From: Phormidium sp. | GTDB lineage: Bacteria; Cyanobacteriota; Cyanobacteriia; Cyanobacteriales; Aerosakkonemataceae | Assembly: GCA_051013385.1 (NCBI GenBank) | Contig: CP143273.1 | Location: 416,001 to 480,000, forward strand | Reading direction: 5' to 3' | Length of the DNA: 64,000 nt | Translations under genes and position numbers: made by a program | Notes under the pieces: model-generated | Seen by the model: the letters and a program-made list of their open reading frames with translations, nothing else | What the model was told of the DNA's origin: nothing | Databases searched by the model: none | In this document: positions 61,169-64,000 of the stretch, piece by piece | How positions within the stretch are numbered: position 1 is the first letter of the stretch | Layout of the letters: each line of letters starts with the position of its first letter

Positions 61169-61278
61169 ACCCAGCTTACAGTGCTAAAAGAGCGAGAATT
61201 AGCTAACGCTAATATTTGCGGTGCTACTATGTCTGATGGTTCTCGGTCCGATCGCACCTGTCAATAACACTATAACCC

Positions 61279-61334
61279 AAGTACGTAGTTGCGCTTCAGC
61301 GCCGGATTTAGCGCTGAAGCGCAACTACGTACTT
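61279..61334. repeat. Perfect 24-bp-arm palindrome
   Basis: AAGTACGTAGTTGCGCTTCAGCGC-cggattta-GCGCTGAAGCGCAACTACGTACTT. Confidence 0.8.
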
Positions 61335-61572
61335 TGGCCATGTATTTTTCGGAAATCCCAATTTCTCAAACAGGAGAGACACCGATCCAAAATAGGTAAT
61401 TGACTTGGAAGAAAGTAATCATGCCAACTCAGCTTTGATATAGTATTCTGTAAATCAAGTTAAGTGATTACCGTAAGTTTATGGTTATGCGATCGGTAAT
61501 TACCTAAGTAATTTCCAGGTTATTTGCAGAAAATAACCTTCAAACCTCACAGCTAACAGGGAGAAATTTACC

Positions 61573-61719
61573 ATGCCTAAAATTCTAAATAGACTTTTGA
61601 TAGCTGGTATTTTTACATTATTACTATCAGAAATAAGTGCCGTTTCAGCCGGATATAAACCACCATCAGATCAACAGCCTCCCCCAAAAACTGCCTCCCC
61701 ATCTGCGGGGAGTAGATAA
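61573..61719 (+). CDS. Small secreted Pro-rich peptide precursor (48 aa), paralogous to the DUF928 N-terminus; not in the ORF track
   Basis: GGAGAAATTTACC-ATG identical to the DUF928 start context; MPKILNRLLIAGIFTLLLSEISAVSA-GYKPPSDQQPPPKTASPSAGSR. Confidence 0.75.
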   Translation: MPKILNRLLIAGIFTLLLSEISAVSAGYKPPSDQQPPPKTASPSAGSR

Positions 61720-61758
61720 TCAGAGATAATTTTGAAAACTAACCAGGAGAAATTTACC

Positions 61759-62514
61759 ATGTCTAAACTTTTTCACCGACTTTTAAGCGCTTGCATTCTT
61801 ACTTTATTTCTATCAATAGTTAGTGCAGCTTTCGCTCAATATAACCCACCTCCAGATCAACGTGCTCCCAGAGGGAATACAGCCAGTACAGGCCCAAGAG
61901 GAGGAGGATGTTCGGGAACTTCTAAAACAACACTAACAGCCCTTGCTCCTCAAAAATACATAGGACAAACAGTTTCTACCCGTCCTACTTTTGCCTGGTT
62001 TGTACCAGATTCTCAATCATATAAAATGGAATTTACGCTCTATGAATCTACTTCAGGCGATCGCATAAAACTGATTGAAAAAATCAAATTAGATAGTTCA
62101 CCAGGAATCATGAAACTCTCTTTACCAGAAAGTATTCCCGACTTAACTGTAGGAAAAACTTATCTTTGGCAAGTAGCATTATTATGTAATGAAAATTATC
62201 CATCAAGTGACTTAATTACTAAAGCAGAACTTGAAGTTGTTCCGCTACCGATGAATGTAAAAACGTCGCTAGATGCAGTTAAAGACCCGTTGCAAAGAGC
62301 AGATATTTATGCCAACTCCGGTTTCTGGTATGACGCATTAAGTGAAGCATTAAAAGCTGATAATACTCCTCAATCAAGAGCAACAGTTTCTACGTTATTA
62401 GAAGAACTTGCCAATTTTGAATCCTCAGAAGTAAGTAGGGAATTAATGAAAGTTGCCAATATCAAAAGGCAAAATAGAATGAACGCTGAAAACGTTGAAT
62501 CTGCAAATATGTAA
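61759..62514 (+). CDS. DUF928 domain secreted protein
   Basis: Signal peptide, YNPP..TGPRGGGC, LTALAP, GQTVSTRPTFAWFVP, YANSGFWYDAL; GGAG RBS before ATG 61759. Confidence 0.9.
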   Translation: MSKLFHRLLSACILTLFLSIVSAAFAQYNPPPDQRAPRGNTASTGPRGGGCSGTSKTTLTALAPQKYIGQTVSTRPTFAWFVPDSQSYKMEFTLYESTSGDRIKLIEKIKLDSSPGIMKLSLPESIPDLTVGKTYLWQVALLCNENYPSSDLITKAELEVVPLPMNVKTSLDAVKDPLQRADIYANSGFWYDALSEALKADNTPQSRATVSTLLEELANFESSEVSRELMKVANIKRQNRMNAENVESANM

Positions 62515-62608
62515 GGTGGGTATAGCTAACAACGCTTAAAAAAAGTGCAACGTAACGAACCATTCCCTTAAATCTTAAAATTTTAGCTTTGTCCTCCTGA
62601 GTATTTGG

Positions 62609-62641
62609 AATCCCATTGGTTTTGACTAATGGGATTTTTTT
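62609..62641 (+). terminator. Rho-independent terminator after DUF928
   Basis: AATCCCATTGGT-tttg-ACTAATGGGATT followed by a T-run. Confidence 0.7.
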
Positions 62642-62689
62642 ACTAAGGAGATGAGCTTTTATATGCTATATTATGCCCGTTTGATTACC

Positions 62690-62755
62690 ATATTGTAGAG
62701 ACGTTATATTGTAGAGACGTTATATTGTAGAGACGTTATATATAACGTCTCTACA
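62690..62755. repeat. GTAG-type palindrome with a triplicated left arm
   Basis: ATATTGTAGAGACGTT x3 directly adjacent, then inverted AACGTCTCTACA. Confidence 0.8.
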
Positions 62756-62877
62756 GGGTTTTGCAATAAGGTTCAGTAACTCAAATCTTGGATCTGTCGT
62801 TTTAGCCCGCCTGCGAATTGATTCGCAGGCGGATTTTGGGAGTGGTGCAAGATGTGAGATAAACTACTATTAGATAC

Positions 62878-63528
62878 TTAACGAGGTGCTTGCAGAAATT
62901 CTGCCTTTAGTCCTGTTAACTCTTGAAGTTGGGTGAGTAACTTCTCTCCAGTTTTTCGCTTTACTACAATTCTTAGTGTGTTTTTCGTTCCTTCTGGTGA
63001 GTCAGCGGATACCACTGATGTTTCAGACCCAGCTTTTGTGGTTTCTGAGTTAGGAATGTACTCGATCTCTATCTCGGAAACTTTTTTATCCCGTGTGGCA
63101 AAAAAACCAGGTAGCCCAAAGGCAAAGGTGCTGATTGCTCGTGCAGTTGAGTTATCTTTTTTCGCTTCCCGATAGCGAATTACTTTGATATTGTTGGGCA
63201 AGATTTGAATTTCTTGAGTTGCCTTTTCATTATCGATCGATCGAATTTTGTCGCCAAATTCGTAGTAAGCTGCGATCGTTTGTCCAATGATAGTTAGTTT
63301 ACATACAGTCTCAGTATTTACTCCATTAATCGTCAAAACACAAGCTCCGGCTTCACCTGGACGTTTTTCTAATGCAATCTCTCTAGAGTAGCCAGTACAG
63401 CGAGAATTCAAAGGAGATGTCGAGCAGAGTTCTGCAAGATCTGGTTCATTTACCAGCTGGGCAGAAACTGGAGCAAGTGCCAGAACAACCATGAGTGATG
63501 AGGTTGCCAAAAGAATTGGCGATCGCAT
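62878..63528 (-). CDS. Hypothetical secreted protein
   Basis: GGAGG RBS before ATG 63528, signal peptide ending VSA-Q, C...PLNSRC motif. Confidence 0.75.
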   Translation of the reverse strand: MRSPILLATSSLMVVLALAPVSAQLVNEPDLAELCSTSPLNSRCTGYSREIALEKRPGEAGACVLTINGVNTETVCKLTIIGQTIAAYYEFGDKIRSIDNEKATQEIQILPNNIKVIRYREAKKDNSTARAISTFAFGLPGFFATRDKKVSEIEIEYIPNSETTKAGSETSVVSADSPEGTKNTLRIVVKRKTGEKLLTQLQELTGLKAEFLQAPR

Positions 63529-63882
63529 TATTATGCCTCCCTTGATAAAATTGTCAGTAGTATTCCCGTACAAAATATAATATCTGTATCAATATTCTAA
63601 AAGGAATGTATTTTTCAGAAATCATCATTGCCTAATCAGGTAATGACTAAAAATGTAGGGTGCGTTAGCGTAGCGTAACGCACCATTCCCTGAATAAAAC
63701 TGAATCATTCATTAAGCCAAGAAGTAATTTCGGGAAACTCTTAGAAATTAGAATTTGACAAAATTCCTATAGGAGTTATTAAATATACCTTTATAACTGT
63801 AAACTCTAAATTAGCAATTAATTGATATGTTCCTATCCTCCCACCAAGTAGCAAATCAACTCCACTCACCCAACCAAAACAG

Positions 63883-64000
63883 ATGAAACCCTCACCTTCG
63901 TTATTTTACATTGCCCAAAGCAGCGCTCTTTTAACATTATTAGCTGCTCACCCAGCGACAGCGCAAATCATCCCAGATAACACAGTCAATACCACTGTTA
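63883..64000 (+). CDS. Start of a second filamentous haemagglutinin-like exoprotein (cut by the window end)
   Basis: MKPSPSLFYIAQSSALLTLLAAHPATAQIIPDNTVNTTV, near-identical to the N-terminus at 56063. Confidence 0.85.
   Translation, partial: MKPSPSLFYIAQSSALLTLLAAHPATAQIIPDNTVNTTV

Noticed and set aside
61221..61403. 60-aa ORF; likewise 37896-38084 and the 5' extension of 5096-6298
   Set aside because: These run through palindromic repeat elements and show no coding signal
61651..61719. Calling the small peptide PatS/PatX
   Set aside because: It ends in AGSR, not RG(S/T)GR, and its clear homology is to the adjacent DUF928 N-terminus
62690..62755. Three direct repeats that could suggest a mini CRISPR array
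   Set aside because: The 16-bp units are adjacent with no spacers, are followed by an inverted copy, and no cas genes are present; this is slippage in a REP-like palindrome
1..64000. rRNA, tRNA, CRISPR-cas, prophage or known defence genes
   Set aside because: None recognised by eye; tRNAscan-SE, Infernal and DefenseFinder would be needed to exclude them formally

Overview
Genomic DNA of a cyanobacterium, judged from the frequent HIP1 octamer GCGATCGC, heptameric tandem repeats and GTAG-type palindromes; the gene content suggests a filamentous form. Positions ~1-36.5 kb hold a large extracellular polysaccharide/envelope glycan cluster in two convergent arms: a Wzc-like kinase end, GT4 and WecB/TagA glycosyltransferases, an ABC exporter, a Wzy-like protein, paired acyltransferases, paired GT-C proteins, two GMC oxidoreductases, a DegT aminotransferase, a PhyH dioxygenase and a UbiA-type phosphoribosyltransferase/HAD/SMR cassette. 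Positions 37-52.6 kb are a mixed region: DUF4278 with an NtcA box, a Ca2+/H+ antiporter, DsbD-redoxin, an IS200/IS605 element with intact tnpB and a collapsed tnpA, a TAXI receptor, a Tat-exported PLP enzyme, a VOC/WD40 deletion scar, DUF3318, a GST and a HAD. From 52.6 kb there is a tnpB 3' remnant, then a secreted TPR-CHAT protease, a filamentous-haemagglutinin-like exoprotein and a DUF928 protein. The most interesting signal is an unlisted 48-codon ORF (61573-61719). It encodes a signal peptide plus a 22-aa Pro-rich peptide that copies the DUF928 N-terminus and stops exactly after the shared G-x-R motif, which suggests a CHAT-protease-linked peptide signalling system. All family calls come from recognising motifs by eye; no searches were run.
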